DNA of 64,000 bases, from IMG/VR virus record IMGVR_UViG_3300028888_000002, one strand, 5' to 3'. The position numbers were made by a program, and so were the translations under genes. The notes beneath the pieces are model-generated. The model saw only the letters and a list, made by a program, of their open reading frames with translations. It made no database searches and was not told the DNA's origin. The stretch is from a virus. Its lineage: Duplodnaviria; Caudoviricetes. Of this stretch, positions 26,430 to 34,853 are shown piece after piece; position 1 is the stretch's first letter, and each line of letters opens with the position of its first letter.

Positions 26430-26789
26430 TTACAGATTCCCCAGGGAAATGTTGTATTTGGTGGTTAAGAGTTTTTCCAGGTCGTCCTTGAGCGAAAGGA
26501 CTTCGCCCATATTCGGGTCGTGACCCGTAAAGGTGCGGAGTATAGAAGACGCAAAGTCTTCAAGGTTGGAGTTCGCAAGTTCCTGTTCCTTTTCTTCAAG
26601 TTCTTCTTCCAGGTCTTCAACACGGGAAGCCAGGGTAGCATTGTCGTCTTCAAGGCTATCAATGCGGTCTTCGTATTCTGCCTGGAGTCTATCAATGCCG
26701 TCCTTGATTTCGTCGGCAATATCGGTATATTTTTCTGCAAGGCGGTCAACGTTGTCCTTGATGTCTTGCACGTCGGTATCTGTTACCAT
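26430..26789 (-). CDS. acidic coiled-coil hypothetical protein
   Basis: Start MVTDTD after AACCGAGGA RBS. Confidence 0.65.
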   Translation of the reverse strand: MVTDTDVQDIKDNVDRLAEKYTDIADEIKDGIDRLQAEYEDRIDSLEDDNATLASRVEDLEEELEEKEQELANSNLEDFASSILRTFTGHDPNMGEVLSLKDDLEKLLTTKYNISLGNL

Positions 26790-26835
26790 AGTTAATCCTC
26801 GGTTTTGGGTTAAAACAGTGATACGGGCACACGCT

Positions 26836-27090
26836 TTACGTGTTGACGGGTTCGGCACCCGTGTATTTTTGCAGCAGGCGTTCCACTTCGTTTTTGAAAT
26901 CAAGAACGTCGTTCTGCAACGGCACGGTCCCCGTATATTTTTTGAGAAGTTCATAGCATAACGATTCTGTCGTAATGTTATCCAGGACCGAAGCAGTGTC
27001 CGTCGGGAGCCTGTCAAGGTTATCAAGGGCTTCGGTAACTACCGCTTGAATATCGCCCAGGTATTTCTTTGCAACTTCAAAGTTATTCAT
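26836..27090 (-). CDS. hypothetical protein, paralog of the C-terminus of 26430..26789
   Basis: Shared L.N...E...L...TG..P....VL..K...E.LL..KY pattern. Confidence 0.65.
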   Translation of the reverse strand: MNNFEVAKKYLGDIQAVVTEALDNLDRLPTDTASVLDNITTESLCYELLKKYTGTVPLQNDVLDFKNEVERLLQKYTGAEPVNT

Positions 27091-27127
27091 AGGTTGGTTT
27101 CCTTAATAGGTATATAGTCGTATGGTG

Positions 27128-27910
27128 TCAAATTCCGATATTGCCGTAAATGTAGAACGGTCCCGTCAAGTCCCGCAGACGCTTGTTTGCCACTTCGCAG
27201 TATTCGGTATTTGTTTCAAATCCGATAAATTTGCGGTTTTCCATAACCGCAGCGACGGCAGTAGTCCCGCTACCCATACAGTTATCCAGGACCACTTCGC
27301 CAGGATTCGTGTAGGTTCTCACCAGGTATCGGATTAGGTCAACGGGCTTTTCCGTCGGGTGCAATTTGTTGGCGTGGACGGGCGTAAAGCTAATGATAGA
27401 TACGGGGTGTTTGTCCGTATAGACATTCTGCTGTTTAGCCATTGTATTCTTATGCAGCAGCCCGCAGGTGTTAAGCCCCCCGCCATTTCGCACGGGAACG
27501 TCCCGTAGGGTCTTTTGGGGATAATACCGCATAGAGTGACCGTTGTTGGTGAAACAAGCACTGCTCTTGCTGAATACGCTAATCAATTCGTGGATTCTAC
27601 CGCATTGGTAGTTCATTAGCTGAAAGTTGCTAGGCTTTTCCTTGTTCCAAACCCAATCGTAACGATACATAGCCACGTTGCTCGCACGTAGCAGGCTGCT
27701 GAATGGTTCGGAACCGAACAGGACAATAGCCCCATCTTCACGGATAACCCGCTTATACTGTTCCCACAGCGGTTCAAACGGGATAACAGAATCCCACTTG
27801 CAGGCGGTAGTCCCGTAAGGCAAATCGCAGATTATACAGTCAACGGAGCCGTCGGGGATTTCTTTCATACCCTCCAAACAGTCCATATTGTAAATGCGGT
27901 TCAAATCCAT
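27128..27910 (-). CDS. DNA N6-adenine/N4-cytosine methyltransferase, beta class (MTase 2)
   Basis: DCLEGM, CDLPYG, HPTEKP, DNCMGSGTT. Confidence 0.92.
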   Translation of the reverse strand: MDLNRIYNMDCLEGMKEIPDGSVDCIICDLPYGTTACKWDSVIPFEPLWEQYKRVIREDGAIVLFGSEPFSSLLRASNVAMYRYDWVWNKEKPSNFQLMNYQCGRIHELISVFSKSSACFTNNGHSMRYYPQKTLRDVPVRNGGGLNTCGLLHKNTMAKQQNVYTDKHPVSIISFTPVHANKLHPTEKPVDLIRYLVRTYTNPGEVVLDNCMGSGTTAVAAVMENRKFIGFETNTEYCEVANKRLRDLTGPFYIYGNIGI

Positions 27911-27913
27911 ACG

Positions 27914-28726
27914 CTATACTCCAATGTTTCCGTAGATATAGAACGGACCCGTCAAATCCCGCAGACGCTTGTTCGCCTTGTCAAAGTAATCCTTGTCGGT
28001 TTCAAACCCGATAAACTTACGGTTCTCTAAAACTGCTGCAACAGCAGTCGTCCCGCTACCCATACAGTTATCCAAAATGGTATCACCTGGATTTGAGTAG
28101 GTGCGGACAAGATAACGGATTAGCTCCACAGGTTTCTGTGTCGGGTGGAAGCGTTGGTCCAGGTCGCTCTTGTATTCCTTTGAGTAACTTTGGCAGTGCG
28201 GGATTTTCGCACATACTACGCTAATCGGATAGCGGGTTCCGTCTTCCTGCGGACGGGTCCTGTGCATAGACCCATAGATATTGTTCCCGATAAATTCATT
28301 GTCCTTAAAGGTCTTTCGCTGCGTGAGAAATTCCTTTTTATCCACAAGCCATTTCTGCGGGTTGAACGTAGGCTTCCCCGATTTGGAAAACACAATAATG
28401 TTTTCGTGAAGTTTAAGGTGCTTACTATCCTTGCTGAAACCCGAAGCAGGTTTGTTTTTGAGCCAACACAGTTCTTCCCTAAATTGGGAAATGTTGCTGC
28501 TAATGAGCATACTTGTAAACGGCTGCGAGCCGAACAAAATAATCGGGGCGGTATCTTTACAGATACGGTGGTATTGCTCCCACAGCGGTTCAAACGGAAT
28601 AACAGAATCCCAGGCACAAGAGGTCGTGCCATAAGGTAAATCACAAATGACACAATCCACCGTTCCGTCGGGAATTTCTTTCATTCCAACCAGGCAGTCT
28701 TCGTTATAAATTCTGTTCAGTTCCAT
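27914..28726 (-). CDS. DNA N6-adenine/N4-cytosine methyltransferase, beta class (MTase 3)
   Basis: Start MELNRIY; CDLPYG, HPTQKP, DNCMGSGTT. Confidence 0.92.
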   Translation of the reverse strand: MELNRIYNEDCLVGMKEIPDGTVDCVICDLPYGTTSCAWDSVIPFEPLWEQYHRICKDTAPIILFGSQPFTSMLISSNISQFREELCWLKNKPASGFSKDSKHLKLHENIIVFSKSGKPTFNPQKWLVDKKEFLTQRKTFKDNEFIGNNIYGSMHRTRPQEDGTRYPISVVCAKIPHCQSYSKEYKSDLDQRFHPTQKPVELIRYLVRTYSNPGDTILDNCMGSGTTAVAAVLENRKFIGFETDKDYFDKANKRLRDLTGPFYIYGNIGV

Positions 28727-28727
28727 A

Positions 28728-31412
28728 TCAATGTGCAGCCTCAAACTTCGCCTGCCAATTTTCGGGCATACCCTCGGTCCGCAAGGCTCCCACTTCTGTC
28801 ATTTTAGCCCAGGACCCGTCAACGTAAGACGCATCGGCTTCAATGACAAGCGGAACGCAAATCCACGGAAATTCTTCGCTTACACGCTTCACACCGTTGC
28901 CATAGACAATCTTCGCCACCTTGTCTTCTTCGCCCTCTTTAACGAGAGCAATAATAGCGTCGTGAATTTGTCCGATAATGCAGGAAAGCAAGCCCTGGGA
29001 CTTGAAGTCCTGCAAGTCGTAGGTCAATGCTCGCAGCAAGATATGGAACGCAGACCCTTGAATGCAGCAGTTCGTAGCCTGGGTGTAGCCCATAGGTCCC
29101 CAACAGCGGAAACCCGTGTAGGACTGCACATAGCCCATCTTTTGATAGCGGTCCCATTCGGTCCTACGCCACGCATTATAGACCTTGAAGCGTTGGTTCC
29201 AAAATATATCGTCGCCTTTCTTGACGTGTGCTTCCCACTTTTCGTAGGTCGTAATCTTGTGGTCCTTTGCCAAATGTTCCTTCGTGTAGGCAGGCATATT
29301 GTTCCACATATTTCGGGCACACGACTTGTAGGACGCACCGTAGAACGACGAGAACACATAGCCCGATTTGATAGACGAGCGTTCTTCCTTTGTAAGTTCT
29401 TCGGGCGTTCGGATATACATATCGCAAGCAGTATCACGGTGCATATCCGAAGCGGGGTTCTGCAAGTAGTGAATCATCTGCGGGTCGTGGTGATAGCTTG
29501 CGGACACCATAACTTCCAGGGACTTGTAGTCCATTTCCATAAAGCGGTAGCCCTTTGGAGCCACGAACAACGTTCGCAGGATTTTCTTCATTTCCTTATC
29601 ACGCTTCGGAATGTTTTGAAAGTTCGGGCTGTCAGCCGACGAACGGTAGGTTCGGGGACCCGCATCGTCTTCACCGCCCGCACCCGTTGACAGGTTAAAG
29701 AACGGACGGATTAGGTAGGCTTGCTTTTCTTCGTCCCATACGGCTTCACGTCTGTAGCCATCCAGGAAGTCCATAATCTTTGCCCAACGACGCATTCCCA
29801 AAATGGACTTGCAGAACGGGGTTCCCAACTTTTCCAGGGTGTCGCCCGTAGCGTCTTCCTTACCCGAAGGCGGTTTCAGCTTGCAAATCTTGTAAAGGAC
29901 TTCGGCAATTTGTTTGTTAGAGAGCGGGTTGAAAGTTTCGCCAGGGTGCAGCTTGCACCACTGCTTCGCTTCGTCGGACGCTTTGACGGCTTCTTCGGAT
30001 TCCTTGAACTTGTCTTCAAGTTCCTTTTGCAAGTCGTTAATCCTGCCATAGTCAATCGGCAAACCCTCGGACTGCACACGGGCGAGAGCGTCCATACCTT
30101 TCATAAAGAAGCGGAACGACTTTTCAAGACCAACCATCTGTGCGGACTGAATGTCACGCAGCGGGAGCGTATAAATGGAGTCAAGACCGCAATAGTAGAT
30201 AATGTCGCCTTTGGGGACACCCACGCCCTTTTTGAGCAGGTTAAAGGCGTTGCAGCTCTTTGTGTCTTCCCCGTCCATAATCGTAGAAATGAAATGGTCC
30301 GCTTTGTTGTCGTAGCCGATAACGCCCAATTCACAGTAGGTGTGGAATTTCAGCCCAACCTTTTGGGAGTTGTCTAGGACGTGGGCACCCAGGCAAGTGT
30401 CCCAGGACCAATTATCAATCCAATCTGTGCGGGAGTTATGCAGACCCGCCCTAAACCTGGTCCAACAGGCTTCATAGTCAGCCTTGTGTGCAACCAACCC
30501 TATTTTCTTGTGGTGCGTGAGTTTATACCAGGCATTCACCAGGCGTTCGTTGTCACCGTCCCACCAAATACCGATAGCGTGATACTCACCGTCCTTACGA
30601 TAGCCGACGGACGCAGCCTTGATTTCGTGACCTGCACGGTGGGGTTTCAAGCCCGTGGTTTCGTAATCAATGGAAACGTCGTGATAGCCTTCGGGAGCCT
30701 TGTCAAGTTGGTCTGTTTCAGCCCATTCAATGATTTCTTCAATCCAATCGGCTGCGGTGTCTGCATCGCCTGTGGTGCGAACGTCCGTCGGTATTTTCGG
30801 CAGCGGGGTATCTTTTATTTGATAGGCTAGACGGATATGCTGCGAGAAATACATATACGGGCAACCGTCGTCACGCTGCCAGGTCAAAAATTCGGGCGAG
30901 TAGGTCGGGCAAATCCAACAGTTGTAGAAGCGGTCGGGAATGCGTTTACCGTAAAGGTCCGACGGCTTCGTGTTGCCGATACGTCCGCTCATACGGTCCC
31001 AAATAAGTGCCTGGATAGCTGCGGGACCCATAGGAATGATTACGTTCGGCTTCAATTCGTTAATGAGCCTGTTCAAGCGTTCCTTGCAACAGTCGGGCTT
31101 CGGGTCCTTGTCGTTTTGACACGGGCACGGGATTACATAACCAATCCAGGCGGATTCCAGGAAATCCCTGGGCAGTCCACGCCTACCCTGCAAGTCCCAA
31201 AGATAATCATACATTTTATGTAGGAACACCGTGTCGTGGTCGTTGCCTTCCTTTCCACGGGGGTGGTCGCACAGGAACAGAACCTTGTCCTTGCCCTTAC
31301 CCGCAAACGGTAAATCCTTGCCCGATTGGTCTAATCCGCAGGCTAGACAGCCTGTAAGTTTCGGCTTCGCTGACATTGCTTGAATGGCAGCGGGAATTTT
31401 GAAAAAGCCCAT
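28728..31412 (-). CDS. polA: family A DNA polymerase with N-terminal UDG-family-4-like domain and 3'-5' exonuclease
   Basis: CLAC..CC UDG-like N-terminus; DYETTG exo I; RSSADSPNFQNIP; motif A DYKSLE; motif B RSSIKSGYVFSSFYG; motif C IHDA. Confidence 0.92.
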   Translation of the reverse strand: MGFFKIPAAIQAMSAKPKLTGCLACGLDQSGKDLPFAGKGKDKVLFLCDHPRGKEGNDHDTVFLHKMYDYLWDLQGRRGLPRDFLESAWIGYVIPCPCQNDKDPKPDCCKERLNRLINELKPNVIIPMGPAAIQALIWDRMSGRIGNTKPSDLYGKRIPDRFYNCWICPTYSPEFLTWQRDDGCPYMYFSQHIRLAYQIKDTPLPKIPTDVRTTGDADTAADWIEEIIEWAETDQLDKAPEGYHDVSIDYETTGLKPHRAGHEIKAASVGYRKDGEYHAIGIWWDGDNERLVNAWYKLTHHKKIGLVAHKADYEACWTRFRAGLHNSRTDWIDNWSWDTCLGAHVLDNSQKVGLKFHTYCELGVIGYDNKADHFISTIMDGEDTKSCNAFNLLKKGVGVPKGDIIYYCGLDSIYTLPLRDIQSAQMVGLEKSFRFFMKGMDALARVQSEGLPIDYGRINDLQKELEDKFKESEEAVKASDEAKQWCKLHPGETFNPLSNKQIAEVLYKICKLKPPSGKEDATGDTLEKLGTPFCKSILGMRRWAKIMDFLDGYRREAVWDEEKQAYLIRPFFNLSTGAGGEDDAGPRTYRSSADSPNFQNIPKRDKEMKKILRTLFVAPKGYRFMEMDYKSLEVMVSASYHHDPQMIHYLQNPASDMHRDTACDMYIRTPEELTKEERSSIKSGYVFSSFYGASYKSCARNMWNNMPAYTKEHLAKDHKITTYEKWEAHVKKGDDIFWNQRFKVYNAWRRTEWDRYQKMGYVQSYTGFRCWGPMGYTQATNCCIQGSAFHILLRALTYDLQDFKSQGLLSCIIGQIHDAIIALVKEGEEDKVAKIVYGNGVKRVSEEFPWICVPLVIEADASYVDGSWAKMTEVGALRTEGMPENWQAKFEAAH

Positions 31413-31477
31413 AAATCTTTATTCCGTAAACGTTAAACTTCTGTAATATAGATATAGCACAAGAGCGACTAAAAGAT

Positions 31478-31510
31478 AGAAATGCCGAAGCTATAAAGCC
31501 TCGGCATTCC
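31478..31510 (-). terminator. intrinsic terminator-like hairpin after clamp 1
   Basis: AATGCCGA..TCGGCATT followed by TCTATCTTTT on the minus strand. Confidence 0.6.
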
Positions 31511-31532
31511 TTTCTTACGAGGACACAACAAA

Positions 31533-32630
31533 CTATTTGGTAGCGGTCGCACCCTGGACGAACTGCATAAATTCGCCCGATTGGAAAACAAGGGACAAGG
31601 ACGGGGGAGCCGTCGGGTCCATATCCATATAGCAAAGGGTAAAGTCCATAACCTTGTTGGACGCTTCCAACAAGAACGAAGTGTTTACCCAAACTTCGGT
31701 GTTCTGCGGGTCTTCTTCAAGTTCGGTTTCCCACGGGATAGTTTCGGACGCTTCACCGCCTGTCTTTTCGGCATACAGTTCAAGTTCGTCCTTACGGAAC
31801 GTCAAACGCACCATACGGGCATTCTTCTTGTCAACGCCCGAAGCCAGGATAGCCACACGGGACACGGCTTCTGCGATATTGTTCGGAAGACGACCCTTGA
31901 CGAGAACCTTTGCTTTTTCAAATGCGGTCGGGAACGTAGAAAGACCGTCAAACGGATATGCTACGTGGTCCTTACGCTTTGCAGAAAACACGGTGCCGTC
32001 GGCATACTTGAGGTGCAACCAGGCATCGCTTACGCAGTAGCCCGTCGGGGTGCCCACCTTGAAAGCGTTGTTGAACACCGTATCGTCAACCCAAAACGGG
32101 TCCATACGTTCGGACAACTTGTTAATGCAGACACGCACGGAGTCGGTTTCATAGACTGCGGAGCCTTCGCCATAGTCATTCACTGCAACGCCACGGATAT
32201 TTTCAGCGTTACCCGAAAGATTACAGATATTCACAGCGTCAATGAATGCTTCGGGGAGGGGCTTGTATTCAAGCGACACCACGTTAAGGTCACGAATAAG
32301 GTTCATTACTTTGGACGAATCCTGGAGGGTCATAGTAGCCTTTGTGCGACCCGCCTTGATTTTAACCTTTGAGTCCACGACTTCAAGCGACAAGGTAACG
32401 TCGGACATACGGGAAACAAGGTTAAAGAAGTCCGCACCCTTTACAGAGAACGAAACGTTCTGCGTGTCGCACGGGGCAGACACAGCGATTTCGCTGTTGT
32501 AGGAACTGACAGACGCACCCGTGAAAAGAAGGAGGTCCGTGCCGTCAATCAAAGTGTTGCCTGTTTCAACACCAGGCATTACCTTTTTGAGAGATTCAAT
32601 GAGTTTAGCTTTTTCAATTTGGATTGCCAT
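31533..32630 (-). CDS. sliding clamp, DnaN/beta-like (clamp 1)
   Basis: 365 aa; I.K..L..SL..V, SYNSEIAVS, F.V....F.NLV, ETDSVR, YPF, AVSRVAILA; next to the polymerase. Confidence 0.75.
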   Translation of the reverse strand: MAIQIEKAKLIESLKKVMPGVETGNTLIDGTDLLLFTGASVSSYNSEIAVSAPCDTQNVSFSVKGADFFNLVSRMSDVTLSLEVVDSKVKIKAGRTKATMTLQDSSKVMNLIRDLNVVSLEYKPLPEAFIDAVNICNLSGNAENIRGVAVNDYGEGSAVYETDSVRVCINKLSERMDPFWVDDTVFNNAFKVGTPTGYCVSDAWLHLKYADGTVFSAKRKDHVAYPFDGLSTFPTAFEKAKVLVKGRLPNNIAEAVSRVAILASGVDKKNARMVRLTFRKDELELYAEKTGGEASETIPWETELEEDPQNTEVWVNTSFLLEASNKVMDFTLCYMDMDPTAPPSLSLVFQSGEFMQFVQGATATK

Positions 32631-32683
32631 TGTAGGTTTCCTTTATGTTGTTGTGTTCACGATAGGTATATAGTCGCATAGCG

Positions 32684-33313
32684 TCAATTACACGCTTTCT
32701 TGAATGCGTCCCAACGTTCGTCGTCTGCGTCAAAGCCTTCCAGGATAATGGGGGCTGCTTCGTGTGCATAGGGCAGGGCACGGACCGTGTTGTATTCGTA
32801 AAATTCTTCTGCGTCACGCAGTTTCAGTTCTTGCAGCAGTTCGGGATTTTGGAGTTCTTCTTCGGAGTATTCGCCCTTGTGGAGTTCCATAATATCCTTG
32901 TCGTCGTAGTCGTCTGCAAGACACTTGATACAGAGCTGTCTTTCATACACTGCAACAGTGACCTGGACTTCTTCGGTAAACTCACGGTCAAACAGGAACT
33001 TGCGATAATCGTCCCTGGCGACCCAAGACTTAATCCACCCCACCGAAAGTTCGTTGTTGCCCGTTTCTGCCACAAGCTGCATCCTGCACGACGACAAGAG
33101 GTCATTTGCGGTAAGCCATTTTTCCAGGTCTTTAAGGGTGTATTCCTTGTCCCTGGTCCTGGTGACTTCCGTTGTGCCAATCATAGCCTTTTCAAGCCCG
33201 TGCAGAATGCAAATGTTGTCACCCTCAAATTCGTCACGGCAGGTCGCTTCGTCAAATCGTTCCTTGACGAGTGCCCCGCAGTGGTCCAAATTGTATTCGG
33301 TATTCTGTTCCAT
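32684..33313 (-). CDS. conserved-type phage hypothetical protein carrying a 57-aa insertion homologous to the RecA insertion
   Basis: GLEKAMIG [insert] VAVYERQLCI...AEEFYEYNT...PII. Confidence 0.75.
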   Translation of the reverse strand: MEQNTEYNLDHCGALVKERFDEATCRDEFEGDNICILHGLEKAMIGTTEVTRTRDKEYTLKDLEKWLTANDLLSSCRMQLVAETGNNELSVGWIKSWVARDDYRKFLFDREFTEEVQVTVAVYERQLCIKCLADDYDDKDIMELHKGEYSEEELQNPELLQELKLRDAEEFYEYNTVRALPYAHEAAPIILEGFDADDERWDAFKKACN

Positions 33314-33337
33314 ATTATCCTCGGTTTTGTCGGTTAA

Positions 33338-34819
33338 TTATCTACGGGGGCGACCGCCACGGCTACCCGTGCGTCTTCCCGTCCGTCTTGCGGGCATACT
33401 GTCTTCGTCTTCGCTGCCGTCCCATTGTTCTTCCTGGCTCATATCCACACGGGACAACAGTTCGCATTCCATATAAGGTCTGCCGATAGCCAAACAGGTG
33501 GTGCAGACAACAGAATCCTGGACGGGGGCACCGTCACGGGTCGTATTGCAGGCAAGGCGGGTAATGCCACGCTTCTTTTCTGTGGGCGTGTGGTTAATCG
33601 TAATCATTTTGGTTACGTGAGCCACCTTTCGTATATCTTCGGACACCTGGTTTTCGGCTGCGTCCTGTTCGCCACCCACGGTAGCACGTCCCGTTTGGGA
33701 AACGGTTGCGAGCATACACTTACGGGTGCTTGCAAGACCACGAAGGGCTTTCCAACAGCGGTTAATCTTTTCACGTTCGTCGCTGCCAGGTCCCAGGTCC
33801 ATAATGTCTGCGTAGTCCACGCAGATAACTTCGGGTGCCCAACCGTTATAGACTTCCATATCCTTGAGTTCGGCTTCAAGACCCTTTACAGACAGGGTGC
33901 CTGTCGGGAACGTTCGCAGCTCAAACTTGTCGTTACGGGTAATCTTTCGGAACGCAGCCTGGGCTTTCTCAATGCCCTCAATGCTTGCGTCCACCCTATG
34001 CGACGGTTCGCTAACGTCGGCAAGTTGAGCGTTGCCCTCGTCGTCATAGACCATAACGGGATAATGCAATTCTTCGCCATAGCGGGACGACCCCGTAAGC
34101 ATTTGCCAAAATCTACGGACAACCTGCTTTTCGGACATTTCTAGCGAAACGTAAAGGACGTGCTTTCCCTGCAACGCAGCCTGGACCGCAATAGTCATAA
34201 GCCACCAGGTCTTACCGCTTTTCGGTGGACCGATAACGGCTACGAAGTCTTCCTGGATAAATGGACCGATTACGCTGCCCAGGACACCAGGCATTGTAAA
34301 GATTTCTTCTTCCTCGTTGACGAAAGCGTTGGCGATTGTGGCAGCGTCCCTAAACAGGTTCACGACCTGTGCCTGTCGCACGTCGGGCTTCGTAAATTCC
34401 GCAATAGCGTGATACCCGCTAGATACGTCCCCGTTTTGAATGGCACGGTTCAATTTTTCCGTTAGCAAGACCAGGGTGCGTTTCTGCAAATACTTGATAG
34501 CATTGTCGGTAGCCAGGGCTTCGTTTGTCGGCAACCATTCGTCGGACGCAGTGTCAAGAAAAGCCTTGACCATTTCCCCGTCGGCTTCTTTGAGTTCCGT
34601 ATAACGGTTGGCGTAAATGTCACTAATTGCCGTCTTCGGTGCTTCGCCATAGCGGTCATAGAAAGTCAAGACCCACGACGAAACAATCTTGCCCATATTG
34701 CTTTCAAACAGGATAGGGTCACACGACTTTCGGCATTTAGCCAAAAGGGGCGTGGACATAATCATATTCGCTAAAAGCCTACGTTCTTCGCTTATATCTA
34801 CTTTTTGGCGTTGGAGCAT
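33338..34819 (-). CDS. DnaB-like replicative helicase
   Basis: GPPKSGKT, YVSLEMS, VICVDYADIM, LRGLA, TVSQT, SEDIRK. Confidence 0.88.
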   Translation of the reverse strand: MLQRQKVDISEERRLLANMIMSTPLLAKCRKSCDPILFESNMGKIVSSWVLTFYDRYGEAPKTAISDIYANRYTELKEADGEMVKAFLDTASDEWLPTNEALATDNAIKYLQKRTLVLLTEKLNRAIQNGDVSSGYHAIAEFTKPDVRQAQVVNLFRDAATIANAFVNEEEEIFTMPGVLGSVIGPFIQEDFVAVIGPPKSGKTWWLMTIAVQAALQGKHVLYVSLEMSEKQVVRRFWQMLTGSSRYGEELHYPVMVYDDEGNAQLADVSEPSHRVDASIEGIEKAQAAFRKITRNDKFELRTFPTGTLSVKGLEAELKDMEVYNGWAPEVICVDYADIMDLGPGSDEREKINRCWKALRGLASTRKCMLATVSQTGRATVGGEQDAAENQVSEDIRKVAHVTKMITINHTPTEKKRGITRLACNTTRDGAPVQDSVVCTTCLAIGRPYMECELLSRVDMSQEEQWDGSEDEDSMPARRTGRRTGSRGGRPRR

Positions 34820-34853
34820 TTAAAACTTATCCTCGTAAGATATATATAGTCCG

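Noticed and set aside
27128-28726. Diversity-generating retroelement or invertase-driven shufflon behind MTase variation
   Set aside because: No reverse transcriptase, TR/VR pair, site-specific recombinase or inverted cassette is visible in the window; all MTases are co-oriented.
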